A stretch of DNA of 49,804 bases, from the sequence record DRR723986_6629; one strand, 5' to 3'. Below the pieces are notes generated by a model, which was given only the letters and a program-made list of their open reading frames with translations, was not told where the DNA came from and did no database searches. Each line of letters begins with the position of its first letter. Within the stretch, counting starts at the first letter, position 1. The position numbers and the translations under genes are program-made. Shown in pieces: positions 18,999 to 28,454 of this stretch.

Positions 18999-19051
18999 TT
19001 GACTTGCGGGCCCCGCATCTTATACTTGCTAGACGCAAACAAGCAAGTTTC
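18999..19051. promoter_or_regulatory. Divergent promoter region: TTGACT-N16-TATACT overlapped by operator A, ACTTGCT-N11-AGCAAGT
   Basis: Perfect 7-bp inverted repeat at 19024-19048; near-identical copy at 10903-10927. Confidence 0.8.
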
Positions 19052-19069
19052 CAGGCGGACAAAAATAAG

Positions 19070-19801
19070 ATGACAGCACAAAAAGTCTGGCTCGTCACAG
19101 GTGCCTCCCGGGGCATCGGCCTGGCCACCGCTGAGCGGGCCATTGCCGCTGGTGACAAGGTCGCCCTGCTCGCCCGGGGCGACGTGGTACAGGAACTGGC
19201 TGCCGGCCTGGGAGCGGATGCGCTTGCCCTGCAGGCAGACGTCAGCGACCCCGCGCAAGTGCAGGCCGCCGTGGCCCGCCTGCAGGACCAATGGGGCAAG
19301 GTAGACCGCATCGTCAATAACGCCGGTTACCATCGCGGCGGCAAGATCGGCAAACTCAGCAGCACTGACTGGCAGGCCGTGCTCGACGTCAACCTGAGCG
19401 GTGCCCTGAACGTGATCACTGCCTGCAACGAGCTGATCAGCGACGATGGCGCCATTGTCAATGTCGGCGCCGTGGTGGGCTTTCGCGGCTTCCCCGGCGA
19501 CGCCGCCTACGCGGCATCAAAATCCGGCCTTGCCGGCCTTACCCGGGCCCTGGCGATCGAGTTCGCAGCCCGCGGCATCACCGTCAATCTCGTGATACCC
19601 GGCCTGGTGCTCACGGACATGACCGAGGGACTCTCCCCCAAGGCGCTTGAGTCCATGCGCCGCAAGATTCCGCTGCAACGCTACGGCGAACCGGCGGAAA
19701 TCGCCGACGTGATCCTGTGGGTCGCCGGGTCGCGCTACATGACCGGTGCCTTCATCCCCACCGACGGTGGCCTGATGTCCAGCTTCGGCATTGCGGGCTG
19801 A
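19070..19801 (+). CDS. SDR oxidoreductase (FabG/LvaD-like)
   Basis: TGASRGIG, NNAG, YAASK, IPLQRYGEPAEIA. Confidence 0.9.
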   Translation: MTAQKVWLVTGASRGIGLATAERAIAAGDKVALLARGDVVQELAAGLGADALALQADVSDPAQVQAAVARLQDQWGKVDRIVNNAGYHRGGKIGKLSSTDWQAVLDVNLSGALNVITACNELISDDGAIVNVGAVVGFRGFPGDAAYAASKSGLAGLTRALAIEFAARGITVNLVIPGLVLTDMTEGLSPKALESMRRKIPLQRYGEPAEIADVILWVAGSRYMTGAFIPTDGGLMSSFGIAG

Positions 19802-19802
19802 T

Positions 19803-20819
19803 ATGACAGCAGCTGACAATGCCCTGGCCCGCTGGTGCGAAACCCACCTGGGGTTGACCGGCGCGCGTATCGAACGCGAACTGAGTGGGGGTAATTCCAA
19901 CCTCACCCAACTGGTATTCACCGATCAGCGCCCCCTGGTAATGCGCAGCCCGCCGGCCAACACCATCTCACCGAAGGCCCATAAGGGCGTGGAGCGCGAA
20001 TACACGGTGATGCGCGCCCTGCACGGGCATGTACCGGTCCCGGAAGCCGTGGCCTGGTGCGACGACGCCAGCATCACCGGCCAGCCCTTCGCGCTCGTCG
20101 AACATATCGCCGGCGTGTCGATCAGCGACGAATTGCCCGCCGGGTATGACGGCGTTACCGCGATCAATGCCCTCGGCGAGCAGCTCAGCGACGCCCTGGC
20201 GGCCCTCGCCACCGCTCCCTGGCAGGCGCTTGGCCTCAGCAACTTCGGCAACCCGGACAATTTCCTGCTGCGCCAGATCGACCGCTGGCTCGCGGTGCGC
20301 GCTGACAGCAGCGTCAGGGACCTGCCGCAGATCGTCGAACTGGGCAACTGGCTCAGGAACAATCTGCCGGAGGACGCGCCGGTCGGTGTGGTACACGGCG
20401 ACTTTCATCTCGACAATACCCTGTGCCACCCCGAGCGCCCTGAGCTGCTGGCGGTGATCGACTGGGAAATGGCCAGTATCGGCGATCCACTGACCGACCT
20501 GGGGTTGTTCCTGATGTTCTGGGGCAATCAACGCAGCGCCAACCCGCCGGGCTTTGCGCATGTGCAGGCGGTGACGCGTTGCGCCGGGGTTGTCGACCGG
20601 CGCAGTCTGGCGCAACGCTGGGCACGCGCCAGCGGCCTTTCCATAGAGAAGCTCGACTTCTACCTGTGCTTCGCCTTCTGGCGCCTGGCGGCAATCGTCG
20701 AAGGTGCCTACGGGCTGTATGTGAACGGCAAGGTGGACACCCCCTATGCCCGGGGACTGGAGTACGACGTACCCGCCTTACTGGACGAAGCCGCGCGGGC
20801 GGCACAGGGAGACTGGTAA
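19803..20819 (+). CDS. APH-family phosphotransferase (ACAD10/11 kinase domain or LvaA-like)
   Basis: GGNSNLT, REYTVMRAL, HGDFHLDN and VIDWEMASIGDPLTDLG motifs. Confidence 0.9.
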   Translation: MTAADNALARWCETHLGLTGARIERELSGGNSNLTQLVFTDQRPLVMRSPPANTISPKAHKGVEREYTVMRALHGHVPVPEAVAWCDDASITGQPFALVEHIAGVSISDELPAGYDGVTAINALGEQLSDALAALATAPWQALGLSNFGNPDNFLLRQIDRWLAVRADSSVRDLPQIVELGNWLRNNLPEDAPVGVVHGDFHLDNTLCHPERPELLAVIDWEMASIGDPLTDLGLFLMFWGNQRSANPPGFAHVQAVTRCAGVVDRRSLAQRWARASGLSIEKLDFYLCFAFWRLAAIVEGAYGLYVNGKVDTPYARGLEYDVPALLDEAARAAQGDW

Positions 20820-22432
20820 TGCAGGCGACGATGATGCACACGCCGATGACCGTGCAGCTTATCCTGCAGCACGGCCAGGCGGTGTTCCCGAACAGCCGGG
20901 TGGGCACTTTTGACGGCGAATCGATCAGCTACAAACGCTACGAGGACATTGCGGCGGACGCGACCCGCCTCGCCGCTGCGCTGGACGAACTGGGCATCCG
21001 CCCCGGTGAGCGCGTGGCCACCTTCAGCTGGAACAACACCGCCCACATGGAGGCCTACCTGGCCATTCCCTCCATGGGCGCGATCATGCACACCGTCAAC
21101 ATCCGCCTGTCGCCGGAGCATATTGCCTACATCATCAACCATGCCGAAGACCGCGCCGTGCTGCTCGACGCCAGCCTGGTGGAACTGTTCGAACCCGTGC
21201 TGCCGCTGCTGGAAACCGTCGAACATATCGTGGTCATCGGCGACAGCGCCCACTTCGACGGGTTCACCTGTCACAACTACGAGGCGCTGCTGGACGCGCA
21301 GGCCCCTGAGTTCGACTGGCCGGAGCTGGATGAAACCCAGGCGGCGGCGATCTGCTACACCTCGGGTACGACCGGCAATCCAAAAGGCGTGGTATACAGT
21401 CACCGAACGACCTTTGTGCATTCCCTGGCATCCCGGGCCAGCGATACTTTCGGGATCAGCGAACACGATCGCATCCTGCTGTTGCCCTCCATGTTTCACG
21501 CCAACGCCTGGGGCCTGCCCTACAGCGGCTGGTTCAGCGGCAGCGACTTCATCATGCCCGGCCCGCACCTGCAGCTGCCGGGCATCGAAGCCATGGTCAG
21601 CCAGGCGCGACCAACCATCACCGCGATGGTACCCACCATCCTCGGGGACCTGCTGCGGGCTCCACCGGAGCGGGAGCTGGATATGCGTTGCTTCCGGATG
21701 CTGGTCTGCGGCGGATCTGCGGTAGCGCCGGCAATGATCGATGCCGCTCGCGAACAATGGGGAGTACCGGTACTGCAGGGTTGGGGTATGACCGAGACCA
21801 GCCCCCTGTGTGCGCTGTCGCACCCGCCCCGTGACCCCGGTCCCGGCGGCGAGACGCCCTGGCGCGCCAAGAGCGGACGGCCGGTCGCTGGCGTGCAGGT
21901 ACGGGTGGTTGACGATAAGGGCGAGCCGCTGGCGCACGATGGCCAGACGGTGGGCGAACTGCAGTTGCGCGGCCCCTGGATCACCGGTGGCTATCATCGC
22001 GGCGAATCGCCGGATTCGGTCACCGCTGACGGCTGGCTGAGAACCGGGGACGTGGGGCATATCGACGAACGTCACTACGTCACCCTGACCGACCGCACCA
22101 AGGACGTTATCAAGTCCGGCGGCGAATGGATCTCCTCGGTCGACCTGGAGAACATCCTGCTGGGCCATCCGGGCGTGCTCGAGGTAGCGGTGATCGCCAC
22201 CGCTGATGAACGCTGGCAGGAACGTCCTCTGGCCGTCGTGGTGACCCGCGATGCCAGCGTGGACGCAGCGGCACTGCGGGCCTACCTGAGCGGGAAAGTG
22301 GCCAGGTTCTGGATTCCCGAGTACTGGGCCTTCACCGACGAGATTGCCAAGACCAGCGTCGGCAAGCTGGACAAGAAACAGCTGCGCGCCGCCAACGAGA
22401 ACGGCGCACTGCCAATCCAGGAGGTTCGATGA
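20819..22432 (+). CDS. Fatty acyl-CoA ligase (AlkK/DmdB-like subfamily)
   Basis: YTSGTTGNPKG, GWGMTET, GWLRTGD, DRTKDVIKSGGEWISS, SVGKLDK; TAATG overlap with the upstream gene. Confidence 0.92.
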   Translation: MQATMMHTPMTVQLILQHGQAVFPNSRVGTFDGESISYKRYEDIAADATRLAAALDELGIRPGERVATFSWNNTAHMEAYLAIPSMGAIMHTVNIRLSPEHIAYIINHAEDRAVLLDASLVELFEPVLPLLETVEHIVVIGDSAHFDGFTCHNYEALLDAQAPEFDWPELDETQAAAICYTSGTTGNPKGVVYSHRTTFVHSLASRASDTFGISEHDRILLLPSMFHANAWGLPYSGWFSGSDFIMPGPHLQLPGIEAMVSQARPTITAMVPTILGDLLRAPPERELDMRCFRMLVCGGSAVAPAMIDAAREQWGVPVLQGWGMTETSPLCALSHPPRDPGPGGETPWRAKSGRPVAGVQVRVVDDKGEPLAHDGQTVGELQLRGPWITGGYHRGESPDSVTADGWLRTGDVGHIDERHYVTLTDRTKDVIKSGGEWISSVDLENILLGHPGVLEVAVIATADERWQERPLAVVVTRDASVDAAALRAYLSGKVARFWIPEYWAFTDEIAKTSVGKLDKKQLRAANENGALPIQEVR

Positions 22433-22436
22433 CAGC

Positions 22437-23084
22437 ATGAGCGAAAGCAGCGGAGATAACGCAGTGCTGGGCAAAATGACCCAGGCGGAGCGCACCGCGC
22501 TCTCGGATCAGCGCATGTTCCAGGCGGCGGTGACACTGATCAATGAGCGAGGCACGCAGAAGACAACGCTCAAGGACATCGGCGAGATGGCAGGCTACAG
22601 CCGCGGCCTGGCCAACTACCGCTTCGGCTCCAAGGACGGCTTTCTGCAGGAACTGTTTCACCAGTTCGACGGCCGCTGGAAGAACCATCTGGACAGCTAT
22701 ATTAAAGGCGAGTCTGGTATTGCCGCGGTACTGGCGGCGGCTAACGCCCTGCGTGATTTCCTGCAGAACGAGTCAGAGTATATGCGCGCCATGTATATCC
22801 TCTGGTACGAATCCCTGGGGCACGAGTCGGATATCCGTAACAGCCTGGCCGAACACCACCGGGTTTATCGCAAGGACGCCACCCGTTGGATCTCCCAGGG
22901 TATCGAAGACGGCGAGATAGACCCGGCCATCGATGCGGCGCAGTTTGCAGTGCAGTATTGCGCCTTTATTTTCGGCATCGTTTACCAGTGGCTGGTAAAC
23001 GCAGCCGCGCTCGACCTCGACGCGGTATTCAACGAATACGAAAAGAACATCCTGAAATTACTGAGCAAAAAGGAGTCCGCCTAA
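22437..23084 (+). CDS. TetR/AcrR family regulator (TetR-A)
   Basis: TQAERT...TTLKDIGEMAGYSRGLANYRFGSKDG helix-turn-helix. Confidence 0.93.
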   Translation: MSESSGDNAVLGKMTQAERTALSDQRMFQAAVTLINERGTQKTTLKDIGEMAGYSRGLANYRFGSKDGFLQELFHQFDGRWKNHLDSYIKGESGIAAVLAAANALRDFLQNESEYMRAMYILWYESLGHESDIRNSLAEHHRVYRKDATRWISQGIEDGEIDPAIDAAQFAVQYCAFIFGIVYQWLVNAAALDLDAVFNEYEKNILKLLSKKESA

Positions 23085-23890
23085 TGGCCTATCTCGATAC
23101 CGGTAACGGCAAGAACATCTACTACGAAGATTACGGCAGCGGCGACAGCGCCATTGTCCTGGTCCACGGCTGGGGCATGGGCCTGCGCATGTGGGACTAC
23201 AACCTCCCCGCGCTGATCCAGGCCGGCCACCGGGTAGTCGCGATCGACCATCGGGGCTGCGGACGCTCGGACAAGGACTTCGACGACTTCGGCATCGAAG
23301 CCATCGCCGGCGACGTGGTAGCGCTGGTGGGCAAGCTTGGCCTGAAGCACGTCGTGCTCAATGGCTGGTCACTGGGCGGTGCGGTGGTGGTTGCCGCAGC
23401 GGCACAGCTTGGCAGTACCTGCAGCGGCCTGTTTCTCACCTGTGCAGCGACGCCGGCTTATCTGCAGAAGCCGGACTTTCCGCACGGCGGTACGGATGAG
23501 GCTATGGCCGAGACCCTGGCCGCACTGACCGCTGACCGGGTAAATTTTCTCGCCGCCCTGTCGCAAGGTGTCTGCGCGGAAGGCACATCGGCGGACGTCA
23601 TCAGCTGGATGTGGCGCTGCTTCATGGAGGCCACTCCGATGGCGGCCCAGGGCCTGGCAGAGCTCGGCCCCCTGGACCAGCGCGATATGCTGGCCAGCCT
23701 TGGAATGCCAATCGTCAGCGCGGTGGGCGCACTGGACCAGGTGGTCGATCCCAACGTCTGCCGCTCGGTAAAGGATTACAATGCCGCGGCAACGATTATC
23801 GAGTTCGAGGCTTCCGGGCACGCCCCGCAAGTTGAGGAAGCCGCCCGCTATAACAGCGAATTGCTGGCATTCTGCAGCAATTGCCTCTAA
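23084..23890 (+). CDS. Alpha/beta hydrolase (esterase/lactonase-like)
   Basis: LVHGWG, DHRGCGRS, nucleophile GWSLGG, acid residue in LDQVV, His in SGHAP; TAATG coupling to TetR-A. Confidence 0.9.
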   Translation: MAYLDTGNGKNIYYEDYGSGDSAIVLVHGWGMGLRMWDYNLPALIQAGHRVVAIDHRGCGRSDKDFDDFGIEAIAGDVVALVGKLGLKHVVLNGWSLGGAVVVAAAAQLGSTCSGLFLTCAATPAYLQKPDFPHGGTDEAMAETLAALTADRVNFLAALSQGVCAEGTSADVISWMWRCFMEATPMAAQGLAELGPLDQRDMLASLGMPIVSAVGALDQVVDPNVCRSVKDYNAAATIIEFEASGHAPQVEEAARYNSELLAFCSNCL

Positions 23891-23907
23891 CACCGGAGTA
23901 ATTATTC

Positions 23908-24909
23908 ATGGCATCGCGCATCAACTACGGCCTGTGGTACGACTTCAGAAATCCGCTGGCCTGGCACCAGCCCAATGAGACCTTCTACGCCGAGCGCCTG
24001 CAGCAGATTGCCGACGCAGAGGAACTGGGTTTCTCGAGCTGCTGGCTGACCGAGCATCATTTTTGCGAGGACGGCTATACCCCATCGCCGCTGGTGATCG
24101 CCGCGGCGATCGGCGCGCGCACCAAGCGCATGCAGCTGGGTACCAACCTGATGCTGCTGCCGCTGCACGACCCGATCCGGGTAGCCGAGGATGCCGCCAC
24201 CCTGTCGCTGACGACTGGCGGCCGCTTCGACCTCGGCGTGGGCATCGGTTATCGGCAGTTGGAGTTCGATCAGTTCGGCCGCAAGATTTCCCACCGGCCC
24301 AGCCTGATCGAGGAAGGCATCGAGATCGTGCGCCGCGCCTGGTCTGGCGAGCCGGTCAATTTTTCCGGCAAGCGCTTCGAGGTAGGTGAGCTGTGCGTTA
24401 CCCCGACGCCGGACAAGCCTCCGGCCATCCTGCTGGGTGGCATGGTGCCACCCGCCATCGAGCGCGCAGCTCGCATCGCGGACGGCTTCCTGTGCACCGG
24501 CGGCATCGGATTGGATGTGTATGCAGAAGCGCTGGAAAAACAGGGTAAATCTGCCAGCGACGGATCGGTGGTGCTGGGTTGCTGGGCAATCATTGCCGAG
24601 GACCCGGAGGCAGAGGCGGCGCGCATCGGCGACCACGTGCTCTACCAGATCAACGAGTACATCAAATGGGGCGCGTTCGGCCCACCGGACCAGACACCCC
24701 TGTTTGAGGACTACAAGAGCGCGATTGAGAACGGGTTGTACGAGATGTGGGATGCCGACACGGCGGTGACCGAGCTGACCAAGCTCATTACTGCCTACCC
24801 CAATATCCGCGACATTCACTTCTGGGCCCAGTTCCCGGGTGAGAGCGTTGAGTCCGGCAACCGCCGCCTCGACTACATCGCGCGGGAAGTTCTGCCCCGG
24901 CTGCCCTGA
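23908..24909 (+). CDS. LLM-class (luciferase-like) flavin-dependent oxidoreductase
   Basis: WLTEHHFCEDGYTPSP, LHDPIRVAEDAA and GRFDLGVGIGYR motifs. Confidence 0.9.
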   Translation: MASRINYGLWYDFRNPLAWHQPNETFYAERLQQIADAEELGFSSCWLTEHHFCEDGYTPSPLVIAAAIGARTKRMQLGTNLMLLPLHDPIRVAEDAATLSLTTGGRFDLGVGIGYRQLEFDQFGRKISHRPSLIEEGIEIVRRAWSGEPVNFSGKRFEVGELCVTPTPDKPPAILLGGMVPPAIERAARIADGFLCTGGIGLDVYAEALEKQGKSASDGSVVLGCWAIIAEDPEAEAARIGDHVLYQINEYIKWGAFGPPDQTPLFEDYKSAIENGLYEMWDADTAVTELTKLITAYPNIRDIHFWAQFPGESVESGNRRLDYIAREVLPRLP

Positions 24910-24910
24910 T

Positions 24911-25531
24911 TTACTCCAGGCCGGTCAGCCGGAGCATGGTGCCCAGAAACAGGCTGTGGGCGCCCTCCAGGTCGATGTCGTCATCGAAGTACACTGCGGA
25001 GCGCAGGCCGATCATCAGCGCATAGGCCAGCTCCGCCGCATCGCGCGCTGACGGCATGAACAGCGCCGGGGCGGCGGCAAAGATTTCCGCCAGGAAGGCT
25101 TTACAGCGACTGTCGAATTCCGCCTTGGTGACCCGCAGCACATCGTCGTTCACGGCTGCACCAAAACACTCCAGCATGAAACCGATTTCCTTGCGTGTCC
25201 CTGTCTCGCCGCGAAACCAGAAATCGGCCAGGGCTTCAATCTGGTCCCGGGTTGAGAGCGTCTGCATCTCGTCCAGTCGCTGCACGAACTGCACCGAGAC
25301 ATTCTCAAAGTACTGCTCCAGCACGTCTTCCTTGCCCTTGAAATAATAGAGCAGGTGGCTGGCGCTCATGCCCGCACCCTGCGCCACATCAGCCAGGGTC
25401 GTCTTGACGTAGCCCTTCTCGAGAATGCAATCGTGGAGCGAACGGAAGATGCGTCGGCGCCGCTTGTCACCGCGGGAACCGCGTCGAGCAGCAGGTGCTT
25501 CACTAGCTGTTTGGGGCTGGAGGTCTGGCAT
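24911..25531 (-). CDS. TetR/AcrR family regulator (TetR-B)
   Basis: KGYVKTTLADVAQGAGMSASHLLYYFKGKEDVL helix-turn-helix; divergent from the 25658 operon; start chosen at ATG 25531. Confidence 0.9.
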   Translation of the reverse strand: MPDLQPQTASEAPAARRGSRGDKRRRRIFRSLHDCILEKGYVKTTLADVAQGAGMSASHLLYYFKGKEDVLEQYFENVSVQFVQRLDEMQTLSTRDQIEALADFWFRGETGTRKEIGFMLECFGAAVNDDVLRVTKAEFDSRCKAFLAEIFAAAPALFMPSARDAAELAYALMIGLRSAVYFDDDIDLEGAHSLFLGTMLRLTGLE

Positions 25532-25598
25532 GGCGCGCACCTTAGCAGTTCTGGCCCTGGCCGAGTAGCCGGAATAACCGCCGTCGCGGGCCAACTTC

Positions 25599-25627
25599 TT
25601 GAATTTAATTCAAATCTAACCTAACAT
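25599..25627 (+). promoter_or_regulatory. Operator B (TTGAAT-N3-ATTCAA) overlapping the -35 of promoter TTGAAT-N17-TAACAT
   Basis: Palindrome TTGAATTTAATTCAA at 25599-25613; -10 TAACAT at 25622-25627; second copy at 32395-32409. Confidence 0.75.
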
Positions 25628-25657
25628 CCAGCCAAACTTTAATAAAAGGATCGACCC

Positions 25658-26470
25658 ATGGGCGTCGCTGGACTGAGATTCGTAATCACCGGTGCCGCGG
25701 TCGGCATTGGGGCAGGAACCGCAAGATTGGCCGCCAGCCGTGGCGCCCGCGTAGTACTTGCGGACCTCAACGACGAGCAAGGCGAGGCGCTGGCTGCCGA
25801 GATCCGGGAGTCTGGTGGCGAGGCCGTTTATCGCCACTGTGATGTTACCGACGAGGTGCAGGTCAAGGCCCTGATGGCTACCGCCAAGGACGCTTTCGGC
25901 GGCATTGATGTGCTGCACAACAATGCGGGCATTCACGAAAGCCAGATCAGCACCGATCTCTCACTGGAGACCATGAGCCGGGAAACCTTCGAGACCATTC
26001 TCGGGGTCAACCTCACTGGCGCCTGGCTGTGCGCCAAGTACGCCCTGCCCTATCTCCGTGACAGCGAATATGCATCGATTATCAATGCCGGCTCCACCAG
26101 TTCACTCTCCGGCTACCCGCAGTGCCTGGCCTACGGCGCAAGCAAGGGCGGCATCATGCAACTCACCAAGATGCTCGCCGTGGACCTGGCCCCGGACAGC
26201 ATCCGGGTGAACTGCTACTGCCCGGGCTCGATTCACACCCAGATCGTCGACAAGTTTCTTGCCGCAGCGCCCGACCCGGAAGCGATGCTGAACACCATGA
26301 CCATGACCCACCTCGTGCCCCGGATGGGCCAGCCGGTAGACGTTGCCGAACTGGTCTGCTTCCTGGCGGGCCCGGAGTCCTCGTTCGTGAACGGTGCAGT
26401 ATGGACCATTGACGGCGGCTCTCTCGCCTGGCGCGGCACCCTTGATGTACTCGGAATGGAGACCCGTTAA
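25658..26470 (+). CDS. Classical SDR oxidoreductase
   Basis: TGAAVGIG, NNAG, YGASKGG, IRVNCYCPG. Confidence 0.92.
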   Translation: MGVAGLRFVITGAAVGIGAGTARLAASRGARVVLADLNDEQGEALAAEIRESGGEAVYRHCDVTDEVQVKALMATAKDAFGGIDVLHNNAGIHESQISTDLSLETMSRETFETILGVNLTGAWLCAKYALPYLRDSEYASIINAGSTSSLSGYPQCLAYGASKGGIMQLTKMLAVDLAPDSIRVNCYCPGSIHTQIVDKFLAAAPDPEAMLNTMTMTHLVPRMGQPVDVAELVCFLAGPESSFVNGAVWTIDGGSLAWRGTLDVLGMETR

Positions 26471-26886
26471 TGAGCCTTTCCCTCAACGACAAGCTGGCGA
26501 TTCACGAGCTGCTCTCCCGCTCAGCCTACGCCTTCGACGAAAAAGACCTGGATATGCTTGCCGACTGCTTTGCAGACCACGCGGTGTTCAGCATCCGCAT
26601 TGCCGGTGGAGACATGGTGGGCCCGTTCGACGGCAAGGAGGCGATCATGGAGCTCTACCGCTCATCGCTCGAGGTCCAGACTGATGTCCGCCGCCACGTG
26701 GTCTCCAATATCTTCTTCGACAGCGAAGACGGCGACCCGGTAGTCATTTCCAACCTGACCCTGATGGCAACTGAGAACGGGGAGATCAAACTCCTCAGCG
26801 CCGGCATCTACCGCGATACCGTCACCTCGACAGCGGATGGGTGGCGCCTCACCAACCGTCACCTGGACCTCGATCGCCCGTACTAG
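26470..26886 (+). CDS. NTF2/SnoaL-like family protein
   Basis: DKLAIHELL...FD, RRHVVSN and GIYRD.....GWRLTNR motifs; TAATG coupling. Confidence 0.85.
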   Translation: MSLSLNDKLAIHELLSRSAYAFDEKDLDMLADCFADHAVFSIRIAGGDMVGPFDGKEAIMELYRSSLEVQTDVRRHVVSNIFFDSEDGDPVVISNLTLMATENGEIKLLSAGIYRDTVTSTADGWRLTNRHLDLDRPY

Positions 26887-26897
26887 GACAGCATCAC

Positions 26898-28454
26898 GTG
26901 AATATCGGCAATATCCCCGCCAAGACCGCGCGCCTGGATCCCGGCCGCGAAGCTGTCATCGATGTGCACAGTGGCCGGCGCATCACCTATGGTGAGCTCG
27001 ACGAGCGCATTCGGCGGCTCGCCAATGGGCTGGCAGGCAAACTGGCGCTGGCGAAGGGAGAACGGGTCGCTATTCTCTCGCGCAACTGCATCGAGTACCT
27101 CGAGGTTTTCTACGCCTGTGCCCGCTGCGGCCTGGTCGCCCAGCCGCTGAACTGGCGCCTGGGCGAGGAGGAACTGTCGCGCATCCTGGCCGACGGCGAT
27201 CCGGCGGCTCTGGTATTTTCGGATGAATACGCCGCCACGGTAAGCCAGCTGCAGATACCGGCCGGCGTGCAGCACCAGCTCGCCTGGGGCGAATCCAGCG
27301 ATGGTAGTTACGAAGCACTGCTCAAGACCAGCGACGACCGGGAACCGGACCCCCTGGGAGAACACGGCGGCCACGACCCGGTGCTGATTCTCTACACCGG
27401 CGGCACCACCGGGGAGTCCAAAGGCGCCCTGCACACCCACCACAGCCTGTATATGGGCATGCTCAACCAGACCGTGGCGGAGCGCATCGTGCCGACCGAC
27501 GTCTACATGCTCACCGGGCAGATGTTCCACATCCCGGTGGCCCTGGCCATGAACTACCAGGCCCACGGTTGTCCCCTGGTGTTGATCAACTTCGAAGCCA
27601 GGCTCGCGCTCGAGGTGATCCAGCGGGAAAAAGTCACCGCCTTCCTCGGCGTCACCACCATGCTTAACTGGATGATGGCGGTGGAAAACTTCGATGACTA
27701 CGACCTCAGCAGCCTGCGCAACATCCAGTACGGCGGCGGCCCTATGCCACGCAGCGTGGTGGCGGCAGCGCTGGCGGCCTTCCCCTGCACCCTGATCCAG
27801 GGTTACGGCCAGACCGAGGGCATGACCATGAGCTTCCTGTCCCAGGAAGATCACCTGAAAGCCATAGCCGGTGAACACGACGAGCGTCTGGGTTCCTGCG
27901 GTCGGGAAGGCTTCGTGACTACAATCAAGCTGGTCGACGACGACGGCAATGAGGTACCGCGAGACGGCGCTACCCCCGGAGAAATTATCATCCGTTCCGA
28001 GGCCAATATGGTCGGCTACTGGCGCCGCCCCGACCTCACCGAAAAAACCCTGCGCGACGGCTGGATGTATACCGGCGATGTAGCCATGTGGGATGAGGAC
28101 GGCTACATCTTCATCGTCGACCGGGCCAAGGACATGATCATCTCCGGCGGTGAGAATATCTACAGCACGCAGGTTGAGGCCGCCATTCACCAGCACCCCG
28201 CGGTCCTTGAATCCGCTGTTTTCGGCGTACCCGATGAGGAATGGGGCGAGGCGGTAAAAGCCGTAGTTGTGCTCAAGCCGGGCGCCACCGCCACCGCCGC
28301 GGAGATCATTACCGCCGCCAGTGAACACCTGGCGTCCTACCAGAAACCCCGGTCGGTGGATTTTGTCGACAGCCTGCCCAAGGCGCCGACCGGGAAGATA
28401 CTCAAACGCGCGCTGCGCGATCCCTACTGGGAAAATCAGGGGAAAAACGTATGA
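26898..28454 (+). CDS. Acyl-CoA ligase (AMP-binding, FadD-like)
   Basis: YTGGTTGESKG, GYGQTE, GWMYTGD, DRAKDMIISGGENIYS, PTGKILK; GTG start after AGGA. Confidence 0.92.
   Translation: MNIGNIPAKTARLDPGREAVIDVHSGRRITYGELDERIRRLANGLAGKLALAKGERVAILSRNCIEYLEVFYACARCGLVAQPLNWRLGEEELSRILADGDPAALVFSDEYAATVSQLQIPAGVQHQLAWGESSDGSYEALLKTSDDREPDPLGEHGGHDPVLILYTGGTTGESKGALHTHHSLYMGMLNQTVAERIVPTDVYMLTGQMFHIPVALAMNYQAHGCPLVLINFEARLALEVIQREKVTAFLGVTTMLNWMMAVENFDDYDLSSLRNIQYGGGPMPRSVVAAALAAFPCTLIQGYGQTEGMTMSFLSQEDHLKAIAGEHDERLGSCGREGFVTTIKLVDDDGNEVPRDGATPGEIIIRSEANMVGYWRRPDLTEKTLRDGWMYTGDVAMWDEDGYIFIVDRAKDMIISGGENIYSTQVEAAIHQHPAVLESAVFGVPDEEWGEAVKAVVVLKPGATATAAEIITAASEHLASYQKPRSVDFVDSLPKAPTGKILKRALRDPYWENQGKNV

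Noticed and set aside
20819-22432. Calling the ligase DmdB of DMSP demethylation
   Set aside because: Same broad subfamily, but no dmdA/C/D context; the neighbours point to a different acyl substrate
23084-23890. Non-heme chloroperoxidase (perhydrolase) call
   Set aside because: Has HGWG rather than the HGWP/HGFP Pro linked to perhydrolase activity; esterase/lactonase is the simpler call
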